A stretch of DNA of 20,000 bases from an uncultured virus (IMG/VR IMGVR_UViG_3300008113_000139) (IMGVR_UViG_3300008113_000139), one strand, 5' to 3'; positions 1 through 8,237 are shown, counted from the stretch's first letter. The notes: generated by a model not told the origin, from the sequence alone. A program made the numbers and translations.

Positions 1-2
1 CA

Positions 3-1142
3 GATGCTTACAAGACTATGGAAGATTACCGTATCAACCGCTGCGAGTATCAACTCGATGGTTTCGTAGTCAAAGCTCCTAACGATCTTCGCCCGGGACT
101 TGGCGAAAACTCACACGATCCTAACTGGGCAGTTGCTATCAAGTTTCCTCCTAAGGAAGCAATCACCAAGATCGTATCGATATCTTGGCAGTTCGGGAAA
201 ACCGGAGAGGTTACTCCAGTCGCAGTTATGGAACCTATCGATCTTGACGGTTCTACGGTTTCACGAGCTGCTTTGTTCAATTACGGTTATCTAAAAACCA
301 AAGGCGCTTTTCCTGGCGCCACTGTCGCAATCGCAAAATCAGGTGATATCATACCGCAGATTACTCGAGTGGTAGTCGAAGGTTCGGAATCAAATCTGGA
401 AGTTCCTACCCACTGCAAATGTGGTTCGGAATTGCATTTGCGCGGAATCCACCTGATGTGCGAGAATCCTACCTGCGAAAACATTGCATTCAATATGTTT
501 GCCCAAGGAGTTGCTCAGCTCGACCTCGACGGCGTAGGTGGCTCAATGATACACCAACTCTGGAAAGCAGGCTACCGCTCTGCTGTGGAAATCTTAAACC
601 CTACCAAGTTTACTCGGGAACGTCTGTTCGCAAACAGCGAACTCAAACCCGGTAAGATGGTAGAAAATATGTTCAAAGAGATCGAAAAGATCAAAGAACT
701 CAAACCCGCTGAAGTTATTCTTATGCTGGGATTCCCAGGTATGGGCGGTTCTTCTGCCAAACAGGTAGGTAACATGCTGTCTGGTGTCAAGTACAACTTC
801 TCAGGATTGGAAAAGGCGGTCATCGCAGGATTCGGTGCTGGTGAAAAGAAACGCGAGATTTATGAATCTGCAATCGCTGAATTAGGACAGTTCATCGAGA
901 TCACTATGCCGGAGAAAATTGCTGAAGACGCAATACCTTTCGAGATGACAGGCTCACCAAAATCATTTGGGTTTAAGACCAAGGATGAATTCGTTGCTGC
1001 TGCCAAGGCCAAAGGATTCTATCACACGGGTCTCAAAGAAGCAAAGGTGCTTTTCGTCGACGATCTCAACACCATGAGCAACAAGATGAAAACTGCGCAA
1101 TCCAAAGGCGTAAAAATCATGCTCTATTCAGAGATCCTCTAA
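3..1142 (+). CDS. ligA: NAD-dependent DNA ligase, C-terminal part (gene starts upstream of the window)
   Basis: Frame open from window start. Motifs DGFVVK (IV), PNWAVAIKF (V), OB-fold QFGKTGEVTPVA and KSGDIIPQI, Cys4 Zn finger (CKC...C...C), HhH-like LDGVG and FPGMG, C-terminal BRCT-like MTGS...KGV. Confidence 0.93.
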   Translation, partial: DAYKTMEDYRINRCEYQLDGFVVKAPNDLRPGLGENSHDPNWAVAIKFPPKEAITKIVSISWQFGKTGEVTPVAVMEPIDLDGSTVSRAALFNYGYLKTKGAFPGATVAIAKSGDIIPQITRVVVEGSESNLEVPTHCKCGSELHLRGIHLMCENPTCENIAFNMFAQGVAQLDLDGVGGSMIHQLWKAGYRSAVEILNPTKFTRERLFANSELKPGKMVENMFKEIEKIKELKPAEVILMLGFPGMGGSSAKQVGNMLSGVKYNFSGLEKAVIAGFGAGEKKREIYESAIAELGQFIEITMPEKIAEDAIPFEMTGSPKSFGFKTKDEFVAAAKAKGFYHTGLKEAKVLFVDDLNTMSNKMKTAQSKGVKIMLYSEIL

Positions 1143-1150
1143 GATATATA
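1143..1150 (+). promoter_or_regulatory. Putative late promoter (GATATATA) heading leader-protein cassette 1
   Basis: AAGATATATACCTTAGAAAAAAAATACA is nearly identical to the sequence at 5263-5288. The same core precedes the gp15-like gene. Analogous to the T4 late TATAAATA element. Confidence 0.6.
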
Positions 1151-1173
1151 CCTTAGAAAAAAAATACATAGGA

Positions 1174-1653
1174 ATGAAACACATACAGCCTTTTGATCTA
1201 TTCATCAACGAAAAGAAAGACGAAAAGTACACCGCAAGAATCGAAGATTCAAGAAAGCCTGGCGGATCTGACAAAGACATCAAAAAAGATTATGGTCTTG
1301 ACGTTGAAAATCGTGACAGAGACGGATTTGATATAGTCGGAAAAAAAGAAGATATCGAGGCATTCATCGAAGACTATGGAATGGGATCTGAAGTAGAGAT
1401 AGAAGTTTACGAAAGTGCGGAAGCAACCAACGAAGGCAAGACTATCGGAACTCTTTCTGATGAAGATGACGATCTTTACTTAGAAGCAAAAGAACTTCTT
1501 GCTAAAGAATACGAGAAATTCCTTAAGACCGTTGAGCCAAAGTTGATGAAGATCATCAGTAAAGCAAGCAAGGATAACGTTCTTAAGACCAACCTACAGT
1601 CTAAAGCAGCGAATGACTTGGTTGATGTCTACAAAATTGGATTCCTAAAATAA
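1174..1653 (+). CDS. Hypothetical protein with MKHIQPFDLFINE leader (putative virion internal protein)
   Basis: 159-aa ORF, A-rich upstream region, shares the N-terminal leader with neighbours. Confidence 0.8.
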   Translation: MKHIQPFDLFINEKKDEKYTARIEDSRKPGGSDKDIKKDYGLDVENRDRDGFDIVGKKEDIEAFIEDYGMGSEVEIEVYESAEATNEGKTIGTLSDEDDDLYLEAKELLAKEYEKFLKTVEPKLMKIISKASKDNVLKTNLQSKAANDLVDVYKIGFLK

Positions 1654-1661
1654 GAATTGCA

Positions 1662-2486
1662 ATGAAACACATACACACATTTGAGAGCTTCTTAAATGAA
1701 GCAGAATCAGGAGGTCCTTACTTCCTCCAAATTAACCTAAGACAGAGCATGCTCGGCGGTCACTCTATAGACGCTGAAGTTGCTTCTTCAGGTACACAAG
1801 ATTTTGCCGACATTCGTGACAAAAGCGGTTTCTTAAAAACTCCTGCGTTGGACAAAGCGATGGCCGAACTGACTCTTTGGAAAAATAGAGATAAAAGCGG
1901 AAAGGTAGATGCTTCGTTCATCAAAGAATTTGAAAAGGCAATGGAAGGTATTGGGTTCAAACTTGCTAAGTTTAGATACTCAGCACCGCTTGTGAAACAG
2001 GTGGCTGATGAATCAGATGCGATCGCAGCGATCAAAGATACCGTCAAACTTTTAGACAAACTTTACGATTCTTACACACCTGAGTCGATTCCTGTTCAAC
2101 CGGGACCCGCTGCTTCTGCTAGAGGTCTGGCGGACAACTTAGTGAATAAATACGTAAGTGGAAGAGGAGACGTTGTGATGGAACTTGCCGAATTCATTTC
2201 AGCAGTCGCAGGACCTAAAGTCAACAAGTACATTAAGTACAGCGACCCAGTATACGACGGACCTATCATTGACAGAATCAAAGCACAGTACGACAAAGAG
2301 AGACCAGCCAAAGAACAGACTTGGGGTGTACTGAAGGCATCTGCTTACAAAGACGGGGTGGTCATCGTAAGAGTTGAGGATCCAAAGAAAACTTCTACAC
2401 CAGAATACACAACAGAGTACTCGGCTGGAAATCTTAAGAACAACGGAGTAAAACCCGGAGACATACTTCTTGCGGTCAAAAAGTAA
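1662..2486 (+). CDS. Hypothetical protein with MKHIHTFESFLNEA leader (putative virion internal protein)
   Basis: 274-aa ORF; leader identical to those at 2495 and 6054. Confidence 0.85.
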   Translation: MKHIHTFESFLNEAESGGPYFLQINLRQSMLGGHSIDAEVASSGTQDFADIRDKSGFLKTPALDKAMAELTLWKNRDKSGKVDASFIKEFEKAMEGIGFKLAKFRYSAPLVKQVADESDAIAAIKDTVKLLDKLYDSYTPESIPVQPGPAASARGLADNLVNKYVSGRGDVVMELAEFISAVAGPKVNKYIKYSDPVYDGPIIDRIKAQYDKERPAKEQTWGVLKASAYKDGVVIVRVEDPKKTSTPEYTTEYSAGNLKNNGVKPGDILLAVKK

Positions 2487-2494
2487 TCATAAGA

Positions 2495-2944
2495 ATGAAA
2501 CACATACATACATTCGAGAGCTTCTTGAATGAAGCGGCTAAAATAAGAATCGCATATACTCAGATCGATAAGAAAGCGTATGCTACACAAAAGCAAGGCG
2601 TCAAGTTTTCTGTGAAAATCAACAATCAAACAGCGACTGGAATCTGGGTCCCTAAGTTTGGCGATATGGCAAGCGGTGTTGACGTAAATGAATTGGAAGG
2701 ATCTGGCAGAAAAAGATTCTACATATTTTCTTCTGGCGGAACTTCTAAATCTTTTCCTATTAGTGCTCAACTTGAGGAATTAGACAGACAACCTAAAGAT
2801 TTACGTTTCACCGGTCCGTACCTTGACGTTAGCAAATTAAAAGATGTGTTCATTGACAAGATAACACAAGCTATAGAAAAACCTTCAAAAGATGAAGAAC
2901 TTTCGCCAGAGTTTTTGGAATACTTTGAGATAAGTCAAGTTTAA
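2495..2944 (+). CDS. Hypothetical protein with MKHIHTFESFLNEA leader (putative virion internal protein)
   Basis: 149-aa ORF, 8 nt after the previous stop; conserved leader. Confidence 0.85.
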   Translation: MKHIHTFESFLNEAAKIRIAYTQIDKKAYATQKQGVKFSVKINNQTATGIWVPKFGDMASGVDVNELEGSGRKRFYIFSSGGTSKSFPISAQLEELDRQPKDLRFTGPYLDVSKLKDVFIDKITQAIEKPSKDEELSPEFLEYFEISQV

Positions 2945-2964
2945 GAATAAAAAAATACATAAAG

Positions 2965-3333
2965 ATGAAACACATCAACACATTTGAGAACTTTGTAAAC
3001 GAGGCAGCAGTCTATGCAGACTTTACGTCTCAAGAAAAATCTGCGTGGAGACACTCTTCAAATCCTTACGGCGATTCCTACTTCATGCCTAAGACTGAAG
3101 AAGAATACACTAAGATGATGAAGTTCTTGGCAAGCAAAGGCTGGTCATTCTGGAATGTGAACAGATTCGGAGGACAGGAGCCAGTGAACGCAGACAAACT
3201 TCCAAAGTGGAAAAAAGACCTCGCATTCAAACTGAATCTGGGTGGCAAGACAGTGATGCCTACTATCGTAGGACCCACTACACAAGGCGCTCCGTTTGAT
3301 CACGAAAAGTTTTTCAAGATGACGGGCATGTAA
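2965..3333 (+). CDS. Hypothetical protein with MKHINTFENFVNEA leader (putative virion internal protein)
   Basis: 122-aa ORF; leader variant; upstream AAAAAATACATA also precedes ORF 1174. Confidence 0.85.
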   Translation: MKHINTFENFVNEAAVYADFTSQEKSAWRHSSNPYGDSYFMPKTEEEYTKMMKFLASKGWSFWNVNRFGGQEPVNADKLPKWKKDLAFKLNLGGKTVMPTIVGPTTQGAPFDHEKFFKMTGM

Positions 3334-3355
3334 AATCAAGATTGTTAAATACTAT

Positions 3356-3393
3356 AAGTTCTGTGGATGACCTCCACAGAACTTTTTTCTTTT
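3356..3393 (+). terminator. Rho-independent terminator closing cassette 1
   Basis: Perfect 12-bp stem AAGTTCTGTGGA / TCCACAGAACTT, 5-nt loop, followed by TTTTCTTTT. Confidence 0.88.
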
Positions 3394-3405
3394 AGTTAAT
3401 ATAAT
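3378..3405 (+). promoter_or_regulatory. Putative early/middle promoter AGAACT-N14-AATATAAT upstream of topoisomerase large subunit
   Basis: Same bipartite motif at 8275-8303 and 10332-10360; here it overlaps the terminator. Confidence 0.4.
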
Positions 3406-3441
3406 TACTGTAAGTTATTCACAAGTTCATACAAAGACATA

Positions 3442-5259
3442 ATGGCCAAGCAAAACAAACAAACTGCATCAAACAAAGAAATCGTAGCGCTCAGCGACTT
3501 TGAGCACGTACTTCACAGACCAACAATGTACATTGGTTCGGTCGAGAAATCTGAAGAAAAAGTACAGATCGTAGAGCCAGGAAAACTCGTCGAGAAGAAC
3601 AAGATCATTTCCGTAGGTTTCTACAAGATGCTCAATGAAATTGTCGACAACGCATTTGACGAAGCCAAGCGAATGAAAGGCCAGATGCCTAAGATCCGTG
3701 TCGAGATCGACTCTAAGACCAACCGAGTCAAAGTTACCGACACCGGAGGAGGATTTATCAATGCTGAGAAACCCAATCCTAAGACAGGACAGTCGAACGT
3801 AGAGACAGCGATGTCGATGCTTCGAGCCGGTTCTAACTTCTATAATGAAGATTCGACCGACAGCCTCATCGGAACCAACGGTGTAGGTGCTGCTTTGGTG
3901 AACATGCTGTCAGATGAGTTTTCCATCGAGACTGTGAACAACGATATTCACTTCGTCGCTACTTGGAACAAGTTCGTCAAGACCGATGAAACTTGCCGTC
4001 CTAAGAAACGCGGAGAACAGACAGGAACCACGGTTACATACATTCCAAGAAAGGATGTTTTCAAAGACTGTAAGTGGGATAAAGAATACTTGCACACGAT
4101 GTTCATATTCCGTCAGTTCTTGAAGAAAGAAGATCCTGTGATCAGCAACTTGGTAATTGAGTTTGTGTTCGATGGTCAGGTCATGGATCTTGACATCAAC
4201 TTCATTCCTGACGGTGCTCTTGCTTTCAAGAACAAACTAGGCATGTTCTTTGTCTGGGAGAAATACGAAAGCGGGACATCTGCTTCATTCGTCAACGGTG
4301 CTTTGTGTACGGGAATTCACCAGAGGATATTCACTGACTGGGTCAACGAAATCTTCGACTATCAACTTGCCCACCACTTTTACGATACATTCCTGATACT
4401 TAATTTTCCTCCTAAGCTGGTTCGCTTCGCCGACCAAAACAAGACCAAGTACGCGGCAGGACGCTGGGAGATTCAGCCAATGTTGGAAAAAGAATTCCAT
4501 AAGAAGTTGAGACACGCAGTACTTCGCTCAGATTTCTACGAAGCGGTCAAGAAAAAGATCGATGAAAGAAATCTCAAACAAGACCTCAACGCAATCAAGA
4601 ACAAGAAAAGAGCCGCTGCGAAAAAGATCAGCGACAAATACTTCCCACCGTCCGGAAGCAAAGGAACACTCTTCATAGTGGAAGGGAGTTCAGCGATGGG
4701 ATCAATCTTGCAAAAGAGAGATCCACGAGTTGATGCAGTCTATTCATTGAAAGGCAAGATCAAAAACGCAAGGAGTCTTTCTGACCTGAGCACCAACAAT
4801 GAAATCATTGACTTGATGAACATTCTCAATCTCGAGCCACGAGACGGAAGTAAGTGCACTTTCTCAAACATTGCAATCGCTACCGACTGGGACCCAGACG
4901 GAATCGGCCACATTGCATCCCTTGTGATCAACCTATTCTATAAGTGGTTCCCGCAAGTCATTGACCAAGGCAAGCTCAACATTCTTATTACACCTCTTGT
5001 GTCTGCCGAGGTGAACAACAAACGTAAGTACTTTTATTCGCTTCACGAGTGGGGACAGTTTGAGAAAAGCGGAACACCTTACCGCGGAGTTCGTTACCTC
5101 AAAGGTCTGGGTTCATTGAGTGTTGAAGACTGGCAGCTGATCATGGCAGAACGTAAGATGTTTAAAGTTCGTCAAGACCGCTCGGCAGCCAAGTTCATCG
5201 ACATCGCATTTGGCGCCAACAGTGACAAACGCAAGAAATGGCTTGAGGGTAGAATCTAA
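3442..5259 (+). CDS. gp39: Type IIA DNA topoisomerase large (ATPase+TOPRIM) subunit, GyrB/ParE-like, equivalent to T4 gp39+gp60 in one ORF
   Basis: EHVLHRPTMYIGS, GHKL motifs NEIVDNAFDE, DTGGG, GTNGVGAALVN; TOPRIM VEGSSA, LKGKIKN, DWDPDG; YLKGLGS. Confidence 0.95.
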   Translation: MAKQNKQTASNKEIVALSDFEHVLHRPTMYIGSVEKSEEKVQIVEPGKLVEKNKIISVGFYKMLNEIVDNAFDEAKRMKGQMPKIRVEIDSKTNRVKVTDTGGGFINAEKPNPKTGQSNVETAMSMLRAGSNFYNEDSTDSLIGTNGVGAALVNMLSDEFSIETVNNDIHFVATWNKFVKTDETCRPKKRGEQTGTTVTYIPRKDVFKDCKWDKEYLHTMFIFRQFLKKEDPVISNLVIEFVFDGQVMDLDINFIPDGALAFKNKLGMFFVWEKYESGTSASFVNGALCTGIHQRIFTDWVNEIFDYQLAHHFYDTFLILNFPPKLVRFADQNKTKYAAGRWEIQPMLEKEFHKKLRHAVLRSDFYEAVKKKIDERNLKQDLNAIKNKKRAAAKKISDKYFPPSGSKGTLFIVEGSSAMGSILQKRDPRVDAVYSLKGKIKNARSLSDLSTNNEIIDLMNILNLEPRDGSKCTFSNIAIATDWDPDGIGHIASLVINLFYKWFPQVIDQGKLNILITPLVSAEVNNKRKYFYSLHEWGQFEKSGTPYRGVRYLKGLGSLSVEDWQLIMAERKMFKVRQDRSAAKFIDIAFGANSDKRKKWLEGRI

Positions 5260-5264
5260 AAGAA

Positions 5265-5272
5265 GATATATA
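5265..5272 (+). promoter_or_regulatory. Putative late promoter (GATATATA) heading leader-protein cassette 2
   Basis: AAGATATATACTTGGAAAAAAATACA closely matches the element at 1141-1168. Confidence 0.6.
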
Positions 5273-5297
5273 CTTGGAAAAAAATACAAAGTTCTAA

Positions 5298-5699
5298 GTG
5301 ATCAAAAATTTCCACGACTGGCTCAACGAAGAAACCGACTATAAAGTCAAGTCTCCGATAGATGTCGAGATCATAACGGGCAACGTCAGGACCAACTTGG
5401 ATCCACAAGCCGAAGATTGGATGTCAAAGTCAAAAGATCTTGATGACTATAAGGCCATGTTGAAGGACATGCGCAAGGCTATTGGCGAAGACGACAAGCA
5501 AGCGGTCGAAAAGATCATAGGCAAAGCCAAAGAAACTCCTCTATTCGCAAAAGAACCGGGCACTATCTGGAGAAGGAAACAAATCGAGAACATGGAACCC
5601 ATGCGCTCAGATGCAGATTTTAACCGTTGGGTCGCCAGATATATAGTAAACAAACTAGGAGTTTTCATCTCTTGGTCAGAAAACAAGAAAGAATCATAA
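5298..5699 (+). CDS. Hypothetical protein with shortened leader variant (MIKNFHDWLNE)
   Basis: 133-aa ORF, GTG start, FxxWLNE variant of the leader, directly after the promoter motif. Confidence 0.75.
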   Translation: MIKNFHDWLNEETDYKVKSPIDVEIITGNVRTNLDPQAEDWMSKSKDLDDYKAMLKDMRKAIGEDDKQAVEKIIGKAKETPLFAKEPGTIWRRKQIENMEPMRSDADFNRWVARYIVNKLGVFISWSENKKES

Positions 5700-6043
5700 A
5701 TGAAACACATTCAGACATTCGCCCGGACGGCGTCGTAGAAGACGGCGGACCTGTCATAAACGTAGTTACGTACAATGTAATCACTGGAGGAACTTGGACC
5801 GCGGCGCAGTTCTTTAACCAAAAAGACGCACAGGCATGTGCTGATCTACTGAACAAAACCGAAGTAGGGTGCGCAAGCAAAGGCCCGAAATCTAAAGAAT
5901 ACGCAGCAGTTGTCAGAAAGGATACTTTTGGTAAGACCCTGTTCTTTGGTGAATTGGAATCGCTCAACGATACCGCTGGTACCAAGCTTGACATGAAAGA
6001 CATTTACGCAAGAGCCGTACAAGCATACAATTCTCTCAAATAA
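5700..6043 (+). pseudogene. Leader-family gene broken by an apparent deletion/frameshift near 5720
   Basis: ATG at 5700 reads MKHIQTF then ARTAS-stop. The coding-like body (PDGVVEDGGPVINVV...AYNSLK) continues in another frame to 6043. The ExFxNE part of the leader is missing. Confidence 0.65.
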
Positions 6044-6053
6044 AGAAATGACG

Positions 6054-6356
6054 ATGAAACACATACATACATTTGAAAGTTTTCTTAACGAGGCAAAAGA
6101 CATGTCATACTGGAAACAATACGCTAAAGGTCATCATTCGTTACCAAAGTGGTACAACGATGAAGTAAAAAGCGCGTCAGAAATTGCTGAACTCGTTGAC
6201 GAGGTTATTAAGAATGACCAAGCAGAAGCAGATATACCTTTTGACATTGACGAAAAAGATGAAAAGACTCTTGTCAAAATGGCGACCGATTATTTTAAGC
6301 AATTCAAAACTATCAACGGCAACGTCATCAGTGCCATGTTATTCCAAGGAGCATAA
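6054..6356 (+). CDS. Hypothetical protein with MKHIHTFESFLNEA leader
   Basis: 100 aa from ATG 6054 (ORF track starts at 6048); leader identical to 1662 and 2495. Confidence 0.85.
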   Translation: MKHIHTFESFLNEAKDMSYWKQYAKGHHSLPKWYNDEVKSASEIAELVDEVIKNDQAEADIPFDIDEKDEKTLVKMATDYFKQFKTINGNVISAMLFQGA

Positions 6357-6373
6357 AATCAAAACAACTATAA

Positions 6374-6733
6374 ATGGAAAAGGAATTACTTGCTAACGCA
6401 ATACAAATCCAAGGTCAATTAAAGGTCCTTCACTGGCAGACTCTTTCATACGCAGAACACAACGCTTTTGAAATGATCTATGATTCTATCGGAGACAAGC
6501 TCGACCGAATCATCGAGGTCTACAGCGGAAAATACCAAAGACCTAAGTTTGGGGGTGTAAAACAAATCACCTTTGCCGACTACGACAATCTTAAGATCGA
6601 CGCATTCTTGGAAGCATTCGAAGACTTCATGAACAACAGCTTCATGGCTCAGCAAGATGCTGAATTGAACAACATCAAAGATGAGATCGTAGCCGACATC
6701 CAAAAGCTCAAATACTTGCTTACATTAAAATAA
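6374..6733 (+). CDS. Small Dps/ferritin-like four-helix protein (DUF5856-like)
   Basis: LHWQTLSYAEHNAFEMIYDSIGDKLDRIIE matches the Dps-type HW...H......Y....D...E pattern; C-terminal ELNNIKDEI...KLKYLLTL. No leader. Confidence 0.7.
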   Translation: MEKELLANAIQIQGQLKVLHWQTLSYAEHNAFEMIYDSIGDKLDRIIEVYSGKYQRPKFGGVKQITFADYDNLKIDAFLEAFEDFMNNSFMAQQDAELNNIKDEIVADIQKLKYLLTLK

Positions 6734-6742
6734 ACAACCGCA

Positions 6743-7771
6743 ATGGGAGAATTTGTAAAACTTTTCGAAGAATTCGTCAACGAATCGCTGTTTCCAGATA
6801 GAGCATGGCACATCAAGTTTGGCAAAGCCAACGACAAAGACGCCATCAAAATGTTGAAAGACTTCTACGGGGACGAGATCATGGGTGAAGACTTCTATCC
6901 AGGTCCTGGCACCGATAAGACAATGGAATTGTCGAATGACAAATTGGTAAGTCTTTTCGACAAAGGATTGATCGTTGCCGTTGATCCAGATGACTTTGTT
7001 TACAAAGTTGCTGAATCAGAAGAACATATTGATGAAGCTTCTTTCGCCGGCCGTGCTTGGTCTGGCAAGATCGCAAACCTCGACAATCTATTTTCTTGGT
7101 TCTACGACAAAGGAATCCTAAACAAAGGAGAACAAGCTAAGAAAGACAGCCTGTTCCGTCAGTACTATCGTTACTACAACGACGGTGACTTTCCAAAAGG
7201 TCTTTCATCAAAAGGAATCAGCAAATATCACGGAGAAGAAAAGATCGAGAGAGCCCTTGAAGACGAGATCGAAAACTTCATGAAGCAGATCCTCAACAAG
7301 TACACCGGTAAGTACGACCGCAAAGAGTTCCACTTGGACACTCTTCTTAGCGACCTTTACACACTTCGTAGTGTCGTAGCAGGTCGCGATCTTGAAGGTG
7401 GTGTTAAAGGCGAGCCTGATCCATACGGACGCTTGAATTACTGGGGTAAGAAAGTAAATGTTAAAGATTCAGAGTTCGAGAAAATGCTTGGTGAGCTTCG
7501 TCCTCTTTACGATGATGCAAGAAAAGCAGTTGATGCAGCAGTCGACAAGGAAGTCAAAGGCGGAATCTACAAGGACAAGAAATCTTACGAGATACCTGGT
7601 CCTAACAACGGCATATCTTGGGTAAGACAGAGAATGGAAGGCGACGGAATCTGGACGCCTGATCTTGAGAAGAAATACCAAAAGATGAAGACACACATGC
7701 TTAAGATGGGCGACATCCTGAACACAGTCATAGAAGGCGCAGAAAAAGCCAAGGCCGAACTTGGATCATAA
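6743..7771 (+). CDS. Hypothetical protein with leader variant MGEFVKLFEEFVNES
   Basis: 342-aa ORF; FEEFVNE matches the leader consensus; acidic linker AESEEHIDEA around aa 90-99. Confidence 0.8.
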   Translation: MGEFVKLFEEFVNESLFPDRAWHIKFGKANDKDAIKMLKDFYGDEIMGEDFYPGPGTDKTMELSNDKLVSLFDKGLIVAVDPDDFVYKVAESEEHIDEASFAGRAWSGKIANLDNLFSWFYDKGILNKGEQAKKDSLFRQYYRYYNDGDFPKGLSSKGISKYHGEEKIERALEDEIENFMKQILNKYTGKYDRKEFHLDTLLSDLYTLRSVVAGRDLEGGVKGEPDPYGRLNYWGKKVNVKDSEFEKMLGELRPLYDDARKAVDAAVDKEVKGGIYKDKKSYEIPGPNNGISWVRQRMEGDGIWTPDLEKKYQKMKTHMLKMGDILNTVIEGAEKAKAELGS

Positions 7772-7801
7772 AGAATAACAACATCAAAAAACAAATACGA
7801 A

Positions 7802-8218
7802 ATGAAACATCTAAAAAACTTTGGAGACTTCATAACAGAACTCAAGAAATCGCAAGTTTCTGAGGAAGATGAGGATCTCGTAAAAAAGAACACTGAAGAA
7901 TCGTCAGACGATTCTGAAGAAAAGAAAGACGAAGCTCCTGAAGGCGGAGAAGAAAAGAAGGACGACAAAGAAATCGACCTTGATCTTGACGTAGCAGGCG
8001 ATGACGAAAAGAAGGAAGAAGCTCCTGAAGGCGGTGAAGAGAAGAAAGACGACGAAGAAAAAGTAGAACTCGACCTTGACCTTGATACCGACAAGAAAGA
8101 CGACGATTCTTCCGACGATGACGACAAGAAAGACGACGACGATTCTTCCGACGACGACAAGAAAGACGACGATGACGACGATGACGACAAAGCTCCGTCT
8201 GAAGACAGCGGTAAGTAA
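7802..8218 (+). CDS. Highly acidic low-complexity protein with leader MKHLKNFGDFITE (possible prohead core/scaffold-type protein)
   Basis: 138 aa dominated by D/E/K; internal repeats EAPEGGEEKKDD, DLDLD, DKKDDD. Confidence 0.75.
   Translation: MKHLKNFGDFITELKKSQVSEEDEDLVKKNTEESSDDSEEKKDEAPEGGEEKKDDKEIDLDLDVAGDDEKKEEAPEGGEEKKDDEEKVELDLDLDTDKKDDDSSDDDDKKDDDDSSDDDKKDDDDDDDDKAPSEDSGK
7919..8190 (+). repeat. Intragenic direct/tandem repeats of the acidic protein
   Basis: GAAGCTCCTGAAGGCGG at 7931 and 8018; GACAAGAAAGACGAC units three times from about 8090. Confidence 0.8.
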
Positions 8219-8237
8219 TCACTAATAAGTTATTGAC

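Noticed and set aside
5627..5699. ATG 5627 as true start of the 138-aa ORF
   Set aside because: It overlaps the previous gene by 73 nt, and a canonical leader start sits at 5700 in another frame.
1662..6095. Dispersed ~40-nt repeats (ATGAAACACAT...) as a CRISPR array or integron attC-like sites
   Set aside because: They are in-frame gene starts, vary only at synonymous positions, are not palindromic and are separated by whole genes.
7585..8222. Minus-strand Ser-rich (201 aa) and Arg-rich (126 aa) ORFs
   Set aside because: Antisense shadows of the low-complexity D/E/K gene.
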